Assembly: GCA_951406725.2 (NCBI GenBank)
Contig: OX597840.1
Location: forward strand, 21,204,001 to 21,268,000
Length of the DNA: 64,000 bases
Direction: 5' to 3'
Source: Octopus vulgaris
Taxonomy: Eukaryota
The position numbers and the translations under genes were made by a program. This document shows positions 37,871 through 52,590 of the stretch, in pieces. The stretch's first letter is position 1; each line of letters starts with the position of its first letter. A model generated the notes under the pieces. It was not told the DNA's origin. It was given only the letters and a program-made list of their open reading frames with translations, and searched no databases.

Positions 37871-40800
37871 AATAATAATTATAACAACACAACAACAACA
37901 ATAATTACAACAATGATAATAATTAATAACAACAACAATGATAATTTATAACAACAAAACAACAACAATGATAATAATAACAACAACAAAACAACAACAA
38001 CAACAATAAAATTAAACAAAAAATATACTCATACACAGTCTAATCTCACATCACAGGGTGAGGAGTTCCATCGCCAGCAGATCTGGTGCCTCTTCATCAC
38101 AAATTGGAGAAAAGAGGGAATGTCCAGAGCAATAACAGGCCAAATACTTTGCCCGTTTGACCACTCGGGGTTCAGCAGTGATGTGGAAAGAGAGGCGGAT
38201 GGACACTGTTCTATGGAACATCAATTCACACAGCACAGAGATTCACAGAATAAAACCAATGTTTTCACTCTTGGGTTTCGTAGCCTCAAATGGGATGAGA
38301 TAAAAATCTCACCCGGGATAGGATACCAGTACGTTCCATTATTAAGCTAAAAAAACCTTGCTCAAACACACGACCAGACACCCACAGGAGCATTTGAACC
38401 CACAAACTGTGAGTTTGTAGCCTGACAAGTTACCCACTCTGCTGCTCCTGACAAGAAACAAAGCAGACAGTAAAAGCATTGTTCAGAGTTCAATCTCAGG
38501 CTGGGTGTGCTTGAGTGTAATGTACACCTAGGTTCCTTGCTAAAACGGTAACATGATACGAAGAGTCGCAGAGAGAGAGAGAGAGAGAGGAGAGATAGAG
38601 AGATGGAGAGACAGGTAGGCGAGAACCAGTCAGGTAAACCATTGTAGGTAAACGAGTATGGAAGAGGAGGGTAAGGAGAGGGAAGAGGAGGGCAAGGAGA
38701 GAGGTATATGAAACATGCTGGTGGCACCCTCCACACTAATTATGTCTGCAGCGTTTTATCATATTATGGAAAGCGTAATGCGACTACTGTGCAAGTACTG
38801 CACTCTGGTGGTGAATTGTGCAAACCGAGCGCTCGTTATTTGTTGCTTTGATGCTCGTTAAGGAATCAATTTTAATTGCATGAGGTAAGTTGAGCCCAAA
38901 TCAATAATCTAGAGAGGGATTAATTCCTGTCAGACTGATTGACCCACGACACACGACTAGATATAAAGATGACATCCGTCCTTCAGTGGTACTTTGGAAA
39001 ATCTCAATTAAGGATGCAGCTCACTTCTATATTTTTTTATTTTTATTCCTCTAATTACTATGTTAATCATTATATCATTAACTAAGTGTGTGCAAAAAAA
39101 CCCCCCAAAAATAAATTTGTCAAAATCCATCTAAATTATCTTTTTTCCTAACAAAGGCAGATATTCTTCAGGAAATATTGTATTGTTCCAGAATCCAAAT
39201 TTAGAAGCTAAGTCAGTCATAGGATTCACGTCATTCCTGTGAAGGGTCCATAGCTACAAGTGTAAACAGCAATTGCCAGGGCAGCTGCACAACTTAAAAT
39301 AAAATCTTATTTTAAAGTAAACCACAAGAAAAGCAGAGAGGTAATACATAATAGAAGCACCCAGCAGTATTCTAAATCCTATTCCCTGTGTGTCAACCCC
39401 TTCACAGTCCAGTATTGTCTAAAGGTCATTACTAGATAAAATTATCCAAACAGCAAACAAATCCTTAGTCAAAAGTGCCGTCATTTGCCTTATTGCTGTC
39501 CATCGACATTTAATCTCCATCCTTTATAATTTTGTGTGGTTCCATTGGTGTGAGGCAGACCTGTACCATCAGACATAGGGTCCTGGATCTTCTTTCATGG
39601 TTAGCTTCAGACTTGGATGCCATTCGATCATTGCCTTATCCAGTCAATGTGTTTCCTGCTGTAGCTTGGGCTGTTGCAGTCTCTCTTTTCCTCTCTCACA
39701 CCTCAAACAATTACATCCAATGCTCCAGGTTGCTTTCTTTTAGTTTTCCAAATTGACTGTGAAGTCTGAGAGTCATGGTGACTATACCAATTGCATGGTA
39801 TTCAATATCAAGAGTCAGTAAAGACGGTTCGCTGGCAGAGTCATCAGCATGCTGGGTAAAATGCTGCTAAGCAGTTCATACATCTGCAAGTTCTGAGTTC
39901 AAATTCTGCCGAGGTTGACTTTGCCTTCCATCGTTTAGAATGAGTACCAGTTATGCACTGGGGCTGATGTAAGAGACTTGCTCCACTCCCCTGAAATTGC
40001 TGGCCTTGTGCCAAAATTTGAAAATAATATGTAGAGTCAGTAGAGAACAAACAAGTGTTTCCGTGAATCTGTGTTGTTGGATGGTCACTTTGGACTTAAA
40101 AGGGATCCCATATAGGCAGATGGAACCTTTATCCAAAATCTGAAATGCTTGAACTTCATTCTGTTTATGTAGAACAATCCATTAATTCAGTTATCTGTGT
40201 AACATATATATATTTCCATTTGTTTATGACAAGAAATAATGTGTTTAACAAAACTCTATGAACAGTGCTACGGAGTTGTGAGTTGTAATTACATTTGAAA
40301 TGTGTTGTGTATATTTTGAATGATGTAAGATAACACATGTGGTCATATCTGGATATCCTTTCTTGTGCCAAGTTATACCACTATGAAATGAGAGAGGTAA
40401 CAGTTTTGTTTTCCAGTTAGATTGTCTAAGTCAGTAGAACAGAGAACAGCCAACCAGGAGGTTAGGGTTTCACATCTTGACAGCCATTCCATAATGTCCT
40501 TGTCCAAGGCAACAGATTCATTTGTCAAAAGCTGAGTACATTCATCTAACTATAAACTGATATTACAGGTGGTATATATGCATGTATGTATATATATATA
40601 TATATACATATATATACATACATGTATGTATGCATGTGTGCATATGTTTATATGTATATATACACACACACACACACATACTCATATATATGTATATTTT
40701 TAGGTAGTGGAAGCATTGTGGTGTTGCAGAGTGTTTCATTGGCTTGAAGTCGTTGGTTCAATTCTTTCTTTCTTCAGCTAGAAAAAGACAAAATGCAATG

Positions 40801-42399
40801 GACTTTTGCCGTTCCTATCTCAGGTAGACGAATCCTTTGACTTGCTTAACGAACCTAAAACTAGAAATAACACTGAAGGTAGACTGTGTGATAGAGAGAG
40901 GTGTAAGAGGGAGAGACAGAGAGAGGGGGAACGGGGGAGGGGGGAGTAAGATATCTAATCCAAACAAATGACAATACATACATGAGATTTATAGAGAAAT
41001 TCCTCTAAAATTAAGTAAATTGATTTCTTTACTGCAGGGTAATCGGAGGTGCCAAACTGGTCAACCACACAAGGAATTGGCTCATGGGCCTCATAGAGAT
41101 TTATTATGGGTTTCTGTATTACACCAGGTGCAGACATAATCAGACCTGCTTAAATGCACCGGGTTGAAATAAGGTGCCGGGACGAAGCCGACACTGTGAT
41201 TAGAACCCTGATGCTCCTCTCAAACCAGATTTTAATCTCTTCCTGCAGATAATCTGAGTTTAATTACACCTCACCCATGCCTCTAACCTCACCTGTGCCG
41301 AATTCTGAGTTTAATTAAACTCAGCGGCGTCACAGACTTGAAAGTACAAGTCGTGCTGAAAGCCTTCTCATCACCTATGAACATAATTACTGGTATCCAA
41401 TCACTGCAGATCTCTGCTGACCGTTTCACGAGGACAGTCACAGTTGTTGATCAAGTGTCCTGCCAGCCTCTCACAGTGGAGGAGGAGGAGCAATAATCAT
41501 AAACTTTCAGCCTCTCTCTCTATACATCACCAGGGATGCTGTTCAAAGAAGCTCTCTGACAGCGGTTCGTCACTCGCGCTTTCTTTCTGCTAGTGTCACT
41601 CACCCCTCCAAAAGATGTCATCTTTCGCATGTGGCTGCTCTCAGCTTCTGATCCAAACATAGTGGTCCCTCTTTGCTTCTGCATACCATGATCCCTTGTC
41701 GGAAACGGTTCCCGGATCCTCGGTTCCCTCTTTCGTATGACCTGTCAAAATTCAAGTCCCTTATCAACCAACTGAATGAGACCAGTTTCTCTGCTCACCA
41801 CTTCTCTAGGCCTTCCATAAAGACATGGGTTCTTTTCTCAGGACAAAATCCACACAGAAATAGGAACAAGGAGAGGAGAGAAGGGGGTGGAGGATTAACT
41901 TGCAGTGTGTCATCATCATCATCATCATCGACATCATCAACTTCAACATCAATTCTTACAATAACATGACTGCAGGTTGGGTTGTTGCTAATAAACACAA
42001 TTTATTTATCTTAATTTATTATTATTATTTTTTTTTTGCACTAGATGGGGAGCAATTGGGGGTGGATGGCTGCAGACAGAAAATGCCATCAGTGTCAACA
42101 GACGTAACCAGATGGTGGACAAACCAGCTGCATTGAATGGGCAACCTTTTTTAAAACATAGGACAGGGCAGGGGGCAATGGGGGGTGGGAATGGGTGACT
42201 AGAAAATGACTGACTGGTTTCAGATTCCTGAAAAAAGGGATATATGTCAAGACCAAAGATTATCCCTACTTACAGTAAGACCTTGTAAACATTTAATGGG
42301 GAGCGACAAGTTACCTTAGTTTCATTAAACAACACACCTGACACACTCAAGGCAAACAGACTTCCATTAATAACAGCATCCTTACTTGTAGACAACACA

Positions 42400-42537
42400 T
42401 TAACCTTTAGCATGACATAGATGCATCATGTCACTGTAAGAGTTTTCTCCCCTCTCAATTACAACACAATGTGCCTGCAGGTACAGGGGAGAAAACTTGT
42501 ACTGCACCATGATGCACCTAAGCATGCTAAAGGTTAA
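42400..42537. mobile_element. Small palindromic TTAA-flanked MITE
   Basis: TTAACCTTTAGCATG ... CATGCTAAAGGTTAA with internal inverted segments. Confidence 0.7.
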
Positions 42538-43878
42538 TACTAAAAGTTTCCTACAACTGTCAGACCTCACCCTACCCAAAATACTATGGTGGTCCCTCTC
42601 TAGGGACAGAAAATACTTTACTCAGGGTCAATTGCTGACCTTCTACAAAATTCAAGAGTTTTGCTTGTATCTCTTTTGGCATTTACATACATCTCTTCAC
42701 TTGTTTCAGTCATTCGATTGCAACCATACAGGGCCCGTCTCAAAGGGTTTCATTGACCAAATTGAACCTGGCCCTTATTTTAAAATTTGGTGCTTATTCT
42801 ATCAGTCATTTCCTTTTTGCTGAACTGCTAAGTTATGGAGACATAAACCAACAAACACTGGTTGTCAAATGGTGAAAGACAAACACAACAGATGTGCACA
42901 CACACACACACCTGTCAAATCTACTCACAAGGTACTGGCCAATCTGGAGCGATAATGGAATGAAACTGCACATAATGTGACATGGTTGCATAGCACATTG
43001 CTTAGCCACACACACAAGTCTACCAAATTCACTCACATGTTAAACCTAGGCTTGTAAAACTAAAGTGATAGTTCCAAAGCAAACTTCTTATATACACACA
43101 CACACACACACAAGCCCTGCCAGATTCTCTCGCAAGTTATTGGTCAGTCTGGGCCTGTAACAAAGTGAAACTCAATCTAAAGCGACAAAGTTGCAAAAGC
43201 AAAACTTCTTGTTCTTGTGCAAGTACACACCACCAATATTCATCAAAAAGAAAGCCATCCAATGGAATGGTATAAAAATAATAAAGAAGAAAACAAAAAA
43301 AAACTCAAACATGCTACAAACATCCATCTGCAAGCATACCATTTTCTTCGTATTCAGTTTCTACAGCTTCTCAGCACCTTCCACTCCACTGCACTCAAAT
43401 TCTTCATTCTATCCCTATCTAGGCTTACCTGATACGTCTACCTCTTGCCCTTACGATTGTGTCACCCTTTATGATAAAAAACATCCTTTAACCCCAACCA
43501 GTGAATAACTTGCTTCTATCTCCCCTTGGTTACTGTGCAACTCCTTACATTACTAAATACCCCCAGACGCATGGCTTAGTGGTTAGGGTGTTGGACTCAT
43601 AATCATAAGATTGTGATTTCGATTCCTGGACTGGGCAATGCATTGTGTCCTTGAGCAAAACACTCCCTTTCACACTGCCCCAGGCCACTCAGCTGGCAAA
43701 AATGAGCAACCCTGCAATGGACTCATGTCCTGTCAAAGGGCAAAATATATACACTACAGGCCAAAACAGGCTGGAGCCTGGTACAGCTCTCCTGGTTTAC
43801 CAGCTCCAGTCAAATCGTCCAACCCATACAAGAGGAAAACTTTAGCTTGAAAGGAACCGTTTAACTCGTTAGCATTCA

Positions 43879-44169
43879 GGAGAATTCATCTACGAAGCAA
43901 TTACCCCAGCTCCCCTTCAGGGTTGGCGAAAGCGATGTGGTGGACAACGAAAAACCTGGCTGATGACAGTCAAGGCTGATCTGGAACCCAACCTAGGCCC
44001 CCATATCTACGGCATTTGCCGCTGGAATAAGGAGTGGTTGGAGATCACGCGGTCGTTAGCCTCAAATCGCCAGGCCTGGTCGGCGTTTGTGAGGGATGCA
44101 GCATTGAGGGTGAATGAAGCCAGCTCAACCCACCCCGGGTGGATGCTGTCTCAAAACAAGTCAAGTCAA
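43879..44169 (+). mobile_element. RTE-clade LINE 3' fragment
   Basis: GWRKRCGGQRKTWLMTVKADL...RWNKEWLE...LASNRQAWSAFVRDA; (CAAGT)n tail. Confidence 0.82.
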
Positions 44170-46577
44170 CACTGAATGGCAATGGGGTCCACCAAAATAA
44201 GATAATAATGAAAGGGGTCCACAGATAAAAAAAAAAAAATGGTTGAGAACCACTGGCTTAGTTTGATGAAGAAGCAAGAAAGTTATCCTTGGCTCAGAGA
44301 CCTGGTTACAAGGCTCAAACCAAATTGTGATGCTGTTAAACTGGCTGAAAGCCAACATCTTCATCCAGGATGATGCTACTTTGGCTGGGCTTCACTTCAA
44401 AACTGTATGTTAACTAAACAGTATCAAACTGACCCCACGATTTTCGTATCTGTTTTATCCCAACGAAACAGCGGCTGGAATCCACCAGAATGGTGACTCA
44501 ATGTAAAAATAACTGCAAGCAGCCAGCCTCAATGGTGGGGCTTAATGGACATCACCAGTGGACTGAGTGGTTGTGTATGACTAAGCAGATTTAATGGTTA
44601 CAGGAGGAAAACTTTAGCCTGAAAGGAAACGTTTGATCCTTTCAGCATTCAGATCCCTCCGTCAAATGTAATAATGCTTATTGGGTTCAAGTCTCAGGGA
44701 CACCTTCAGCAAGTATGTTCTGCTATAAGCCCTCAGCAGGCCTGCCAAAGCTTTGTGAGTGAACTTGGTAGATGGAAACTGGAAGAAAGCCCAAAGTCAC
44801 TCACCACGACTTGAAAACTGGTGTTGGTTTGTTTACGTCCCCGTAAATGAATGGTTTGGTGGAAAGAGACTGACAGAACAAGTACCCAGTTCAAAAGATG
44901 AAAATAAGGACTGGCATCAAATCGATGTCCAGAGGTGGTGCTCCAGCATGGCCGTAGCCTAATGACTGAGACAAGTAAAAGGAATAAGTCATCTCATGAT
45001 TAAACGAGTATGAGGAATATAACGAAATAAAAGGCTTCCGCAAAAGACAGGTCACCAAAGCCAACTGGGAAGCCTCTGTGTGGCTGCTTGATCTGCTAAA
45101 AAGAGCAGCCAAATTTCAATCCAGTTTAATGTCATACACACACACACATTATATATGTGCAGGCATGCAAACGTGCATGTGAGTGTGTGTATATCATCAT
45201 CATCATCATTAACATCTGTTTTCTATGCTGACAAGCCAGAGGGCTGCACCAGGCCCCAGCCATGTTTTGGTACGGTTTCTATGACCTGATGCCCTTCCAA
45301 AAGCCAACCACTCTACAGAGTGTACTGGGTGCTTTTATAGGGTGCCATATAATGGGTGCTTTTTGACATGTTGCTGGCATCGGTGCTTTTTACATGGCTC
45401 CTACATGCTTGAGTTTTACATGACGTCAGCACAGGCCCTTTTATACACACACAATCACATAATCATCATCAGTTTAATGACCCCTTTCCCCCGTTTAGAT
45501 GAGTCAGACAGAAGGTTTCGTTGAAGTGGTTCCTCTATGACCGGATGGACCTTTCTAGTTGCTGACCCTCGTCTCTTTACTTGCCATCTTCTGTGCCCCA
45601 GGAAATGAAGCGCATTGCATAGCAGCGACACTCGTTTAGAACCACCGTGTGACGATATCACAGCAAAGAGACAGTAGCACACACACACGTGACACATAAC
45701 AGGGGCTTCTTTCAGTTTCCATCAACCAAATCAATTCACAAGGCTTCAGTCATCCTGCAGCTACAGCAGAAGACACACACACACACTCTCTCTCACACAC
45801 TCTATTAATAAAACACTTAAACTGGATTGCCATTGTATTTGTTAGCACATGTCACATGTGAAGTAGTTCAATGCCTCAAAGTGTGTGTGTGTGTGTGTAT
45901 GTGTGTGTGTTACAGTGCACTGCCCTCCCCCTCTCCCAGCATTCTTCCCAATGTCTGAAGGTCGTGTGACCTCAATGACCTTCTGCCTGTTCAGCCACAC
46001 AATGGCACACATTGTTACTTTAGATCTTATCTCACCAGGTTCTGATTCACTTTGTCTACCAGGAATGCGGAGGAGTCCGTGAGGCGAGGGGGGGTGGTGG
46101 TGATGGTGGAAGGGAGATTTCATTAAAAAGATGTCCCTCTCTCTCTCTTGCCACAATGCCAACTCACAATGGACAAAAAACAAGCTGAGGACTGACATCA
46201 GCTGTATATATCAGAGGAGTCCTGACATGACACTCACACACACATCCTGCTATCTAATCTGCAGCACCAGCAACTACCGAGGCTGTCATTGTTGATTGTA
46301 GCCAGTCCTTCTTCTCTCTCCAGGAAAACACAGGTTAAGAAGCCACAGAGCAACATGACATGGTCCCAGCTTTACTGCTTTCTCCTTCAATGTGTGCCCT
46401 ATGCCTATGTAAAAAAAAGGGGTGCTGAAAAGTTCCTGGCTTTATGGGAATTCTTAGTCATGCAACCTGCCCACCAAATCCAATTTTCGGTGTGTGATTT
46501 AAGGCATATTTAGCTGTTATTTTTAGCACATCTCACGACCACTTCATGCCTCCTTGTTTGTTTGTCACTCTGAAATA

Positions 46578-46770
46578 CTCTTACTCTTTTACTTGTTTCA
46601 GTCATTTGACTGCGGCCATGCTGGAGCACCGCCTTTAGTCGAGCAAATCGACCCTGGGACTTATTTTTTGTAAGCCCAGTACTTATTCTATTGGTCTCTT
46701 TTGCCGAACCGCTAAGTGACGGGGATGTAAACACACCAGCATCAGTTGTCAAGCAATGCTAGGGGGACAA

Positions 46771-46811
<41 letters not shown>

Positions 46812-46966
46812 CGACAGGCTTCTTTCAGTTTCCGTCTACCAAATCCACTCACAAGGCATTGGTCGGCCCGGGGCTATAGCAGAAGACACTTGCCCAAGGG
46901 CCACACAGTGGGACTGAACCCGGAACCATGTGGTTGGTAAACAAGCTACTTACCACACAGCCACTC
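46578..46966 (-). mobile_element. SINE family A
   Basis: Reverse-complement match to 25364-25816. Confidence 0.85.
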
Positions 46967-48404
46967 ATGAGCCTATATCTTTCTCCCCACAAATGCATTT
47001 AATGGTCCATTGCTGAGATTTAAGCCAAATATTTAAACTGTGATTTAGAAAGAAAAATTCGTAAAATTAACCAAAAAAAAAAATTTTTTTTTAATGTCCC
47101 CACCCCATAGTTGTGTGAATTCCCATGTGTGGAATACAAATTTGCAGAACTTTTCTAAAAATTCCCAAAAATAAAAAAGTTACAAGGGGTTATTTAGGGT
47201 GCTTAAAGTAGAATTCCTCCAAGCAATATAGTATCTAGTATCTTAAATTTCTGCAAGGAAAGGACCTTGCCTCCATGGTCACACAAATCGCAAGAAATAG
47301 CAGCCAAGTTTCTCTCAAAGCTCTCCCTGCATGATTACAAAAGAGGAAAAAAAGGACACATTGGACAATCATCATCATCGTTGTTTAACGTCCGCTTTCC
47401 ATGCTAGCATGGGTTGGACATTTCGACTGGGGTCTGGGAAGCCTGAAGGCTGCACCAGGCCCAGTCTGATCTGGCAGAGTTTCTACAGCTGGATGCCCTT
47501 CCTAACGCCAACCACTTCGTGAGTGTAATGTAGTTCTAAAAACAATGAAATGAAGTGGAGATGGCCAAAGCTGGAACGTCTTTCACTGTATGCCTGCTCA
47601 ATCTCAAAGATGACTGGGGACATAACAACAACAACAGTAGGATGTTCTCCCTCTAAACCTCGTACACACGTCTTTTATCTTTTACTTGTTTCAGTCATTA
47701 AACTGCAGCCACACTGGGGCTTTGCCTTCAAGAAATTTAGAGGGACGAACCGACCCCAGGACATTTTTCCCTTTCAAATCATAGTACCTATTTTATTGGT
47801 CTCTTTTGCTGAACCAACATGTCATGGGGACATAAACAAACCAACAGCGGTTGTCAAGTGGTGGTGGGGAACAAACAGCCACAAAGATACACACACTGAT
47901 TGATTGATATATGAGAGGCTTCATTCAGTTTCTATCTACCAAATGCAGTCACAAGGCCTTGGTCAGCCGAACCCGGATCCATGAGGCTGCGAAGCAAGAT
48001 TCTTACCACACAGCCACGCCTGTGCTTATATCTCTACATAATATGTGCATAGCAAATGGAGGGGGGTCTCGGCATCCAAGTCTTCTTCAGTCACACCCAA
48101 AGAAGTTCTCACACTAAACTTCATTTATATCGAGGGGTCAGCCTGTATAACACAACCATCATCGCCCATAAACACCTTTCCCCAAGACAAAATCTCTCAG
48201 TCAGCTGTTGATGATCCACAAGATGTTCAGTGCCACACAGTTATCTCCCATACATCGTTTTTCAAAACTGCAGAACCACATCCGTTGCAGACTATTCTAC
48301 TACGCTAACATTCCAGCCAATTCTGTTGAGAATCATTCTCTTTTTGTGCCTTATTATGTAACACACTCACCGGTAAAATTTCCACTTTTTTCTTCTTATT
48401 TTTA

Positions 48405-48452
48405 TTGTCCTAAAATTTTCGTTGCGTCTTGCAACCTTTTCAATAGGCACAA
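48405..48452 (-). ncRNA. Minimal type I hammerhead motif with U3-A8 covariant core
   Basis: CCTA-TTGAAAA-G-GTTGC(aagac)GCAAC-GAAA-ATTT-TAGG: stem I CCTA/TAGG, perfect 5-bp stem II, palindromic AATT stem III, AATAAA just downstream. Confidence 0.65.
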
Positions 48453-50583
48453 AAAGAGAATGACTCTCCCCAGACACAACAGAATATGCTTCAACACACG
48501 AACTCACATAAAGAATCTTGCAAACCAAAATATTCCAGCCAATGCCCTTAATAAAGTCCCTTTGTAGCCCTTTTCAAACTACAACAAGAATTTACAGGGA
48601 AGTGGGAAGAGATCAAAACAAATTCTACAAAGTCTTCTCAAACAAAACAAAATAAAAAGAAAGGAAAAGAAAGAAAAAAATAGTTCTATGTTTTTTTGAT
48701 AATGTAGCAGAGATAAACTAAATCTGAAAAAAGCGGGTCGTAAGATGTTAGGGTTGACCTAAGGACTAAGTGTAACAACACTAACGGCAGCTGATGAATG
48801 GAAGAGATGCAGAAAATATAAAATAAATATTACACCCATCCAGACATGCAAACCTTACTATACACCCCTCTATCTATTTCTCTCTCTCTCATATATTCCT
48901 TCATTCTTTTACTTGTTTCTGCGGTCATGCTGGAGCACGCCTTGAAGAATTTTAGTTGAAAGAATCGACCCCAGTACTGTCTTTTGCTGAACCGCTAATG
49001 TACGGAGACATAAACACACCAACACTGGTTGTCAATCGGTAGCGAAGGATAAACACATACGCACTTATATACGACGGGCTTCTTTCAGTTTCCGTCTACC
49101 AAATCCACTCACAATGCTTTGGTCGGCCCAGAGGTTGCAATGAAAGACACTTACTCAAGGTGCCACGCAATGGGACTAAACCTGGCCGGAACCATGTTTA
49201 TTGTGAAGCAATCTTCTTACAGCCACACCTGAGCTGATTTATAATAATAATTTAAAACAAATAATGGCTAGTAAAGCAGGACAATAGGGGTTATTATTAT
49301 TAAACGGCAAGCTGGCAGAATCGTTACACAGCGGACAAACGGTTCAGCTGCATTTTTTTTCCAGTTTTATGTTCTGAGTTCAAATGTTTTGAGGTTGACT
49401 TTGCCTTTCATCCTTTCCAGGTCGATAAAATAAAATACCAGCTGAATACTAAGGACTGGGGCAACCGACTTCTCTCTCCAGTCAAAGTTGCTGGCCTTGT
49501 GCAAATCAAAACCAGTTTTTATTCTTTTTAGAGGCTGGCACTTATTTTATCGAGCCTTACCGCCGAACAGATAATTTACGGGGGTGTAAACAAACTAACA
49601 GCGGTTATCAAATAATAGTGGGGTTCAAACACAAAGACACACGACGAGCTTCTTTCAGTTTCCGCCAACCAAATCCACTCACAAGGTTTGGTCGATCTGG
49701 GGGCCATAGTAGAAGAGACATGTTCAAAGCGACACGCAGGGAGACTGAACCCGGAACCATGTGGTTGGGAAGCAAATTTCTTGCCCCACGGCCACGCTGT
49801 CTCAAAATATACACATATAAGACAGGATGGTCAAAGCTGGAATTTCTTCGATCTTACGGCTACTCGACCAGAAATAAACCCAGATTAAAGAACACCTACA
49901 GGTATTTTATAATAATAAAACTCATTAACACCTGTCTCCGCTCGTCTGGAAGGAGAGGTCATTGACTGACAAGCAGGAATTCATGCTAAGAACTTCAAGA
50001 ATGTAAGTGCCAAGTCAAAGACGGACAAGGTCGTCGGGTTTTGATAGTCTTAAATTAGGAAACTAAAATTAGTTGCAATTTTTCCCCCTTCCAGATCCCA
50101 GTAACCTTACTAGAAGCATTGCACATGCCACTCTACATCCTAAGGTGACCATAGCCAAAGAATCCGTTCTAGTATCACATCTTGAAAACGAAAAAGTGGG
50201 GGCATTTTTATTTATTTATTTATTTATTTTAAAAAATCTTTTTCTTGTTTCAGTCATTGGACTGCGGCCATGCTGGGGCACAGCCATCGATTCCAGTACT
50301 TAATCGATAGGTTTCTATTGTCGAACTGCTAAGTTACAGGATGTAGATAAACTAACATCGGTTGTCAGGTGGAGGTGGGGTGTAAACACTACAACATAAT
50401 ACCCCCCACACACACACATGATGGATTTCCTCTGAGTTTCCACCTACCAAGTCCACTCTTTGGTCGGCCCGAGGATGCAGTGGGACTGAACCGGAAACCA
50501 TGTTGTTGCAAAAGTGAGCTTCTTACCCACACAGCCATGCCTCCGGGTCCACCGAGTCTGAGATGTACTTCTAAAGAGTACAA

Positions 50584-50730
50584 GGCGTAGGAGTGGCTGT
50601 GTGGTAAGTAGCTTGCCTACGAACTACATGGTTTCGGGTTCAGTCCCACTGCATAGCACCTTGGGCTGACCAAAGCCTTGTGAGTGGATTTGGTAGACGG
50701 AAACTGAAAGAAGCCCGTCGTATATATGTA

Positions 50731-50828
<98 letters not shown>

Positions 50829-51047
50829 GTATATATGTGTGTGTGTGTGTCTGTGTTTGTGCCCCAGCATTGCTTGACAACTGATGCTGGTGTGTTTACG
50901 TCCCCGTAACTTAGCGGTTCGACAAAAGAGGCTGATAGAATAAGTACTGGGCTTACAAAGAATAAGTCCTGGGGGGCGATGTGCTCGACTAAAAGGCAGT
51001 GCTCCAGCATGGCCGCAGTCAAATGACTGAAACGGAGTAAAAGAGTA
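50584..51047 (+). mobile_element. SINE family A
   Basis: Match to 25364-25816 with an expanded (TA)n. Confidence 0.85.
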
Positions 51048-51892
51048 CAAGGATGGCCGAGGGAGGAGGTCGGAATGCCTTTGATCCTAGCTCTGGACAA
51101 TCAGGGTCAACCGGAGGCTAAACAACAAGGGACTCACACTGTCCAGACAGAGCCCGGAGAGGTCAAAGAGGAGGAGGGGGAGGGGGAAAAGAAAAAAATC
51201 GTTCTCAGCTTTCTCCTCTCCATCATCATACCGTTACCACGTGCAACAGCAGCGGCAGCAGCAACAGCCACAGCAACAACAGCAGCAACACTATACTAAT
51301 AAATATAGCTACTTCGGTGGATGCCCTACTAACCCAGATAGAAGCCAGGCAGAATGACAGGAATGTCAACACCACACCTCGCCACCCTCCTCCGGTCTCC
51401 CCTCTCTCTCTCTCTCTCTCTCTCATTAAGAAGGCAACACACACACACACACACACACACATTGCTCTTTGGTCAAGTTGCTATGGTGAGGAGGCTATGA
51501 CATTTAGCAGGTTTCCACAAGGTGGCAGCAGTGTTGTGTGGAGGAGGGGGAGGAGGAGAGGAATTAGAATTTATTTGCCACATAACAAGTTCCCCCCCTA
51601 CACTACTTGCCCAACCCGTCCCCATTCTAACCAAGCAGGCTCCTCCCCCCCCAGACAAGGCTATCAGAGAGAGACACAGGACGCGCTGTGACCTTCATGC
51701 CTTTCCCCGACACACACTTCTTAAAGCAGCTGAAATATAGTTCGAACAATAACGACCCTTTCTGCTAGCAGAAGCCGGCATTATTTGGAGCGGCATATTG
51801 CGTAAAGTGCTGTCTGTCTGACTTGACAAACAGTACAAACCTGCAGCAGACACAATATCTTCAATCAACGACCTCACGATATTGTATACTGT

Positions 51893-52204
<312 letters not shown>

Positions 52205-52205
<1 letters not shown>

Positions 52206-52590
52206 ATCCTTTCTGCCTGAAATTTCGGGAAAGAGAGCTAGTTGTTTACATCAACCTCAGTGCATTACTGGTACTTATTTTATCGACCCTGAAAGGATGA
52301 AAGGCAAAGCTGACCATAGTGAAATTTGAACTCAGAACGTAGCGGCAGACGAAATACCTATTTCTTTACTACCCACAAGGGGCTAAACACAGAGGGGACA
52401 AAAAAGGACAGACAAACGGATTAAGTCGATTATATCGACCCCAGTGCGTAACTGGTACTTATTTAATCGACCCCCGAAAGGATGAAAGGCAAAGTTGACC
52501 TCGGCGGAATTTGAACTCAGAACGTAGCGGCAGACGAAATACCACAAAGCATTTTACGGGGAATGCTAAACGGTTCTGGCAGCTCGACGG
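52205..52590 (-). mobile_element. Nested or tandem SINE family B copies
   Basis: CpG-retaining (young-looking) copy; similar copy at 61480-61695. Confidence 0.8.

Noticed and set aside
41500-41790. LINE relic (FPLSYDLSKFKSLINQL); similar weak relics at 29760-29980 and 39480-39780
   Set aside because: Suggestive motifs only; too degenerate to classify by eye.
48060-48096. CTGAAGAAG PLE-like core on the minus strand
   Set aside because: GAGA instead of GAAA, a weak stem II and no cleavage triplet.
51300-51350. ASIWVSRAST as homolog of the fly inter-RRM microexon
   Set aside because: No AG acceptor precedes it in frame, and the similarity is only IWV.
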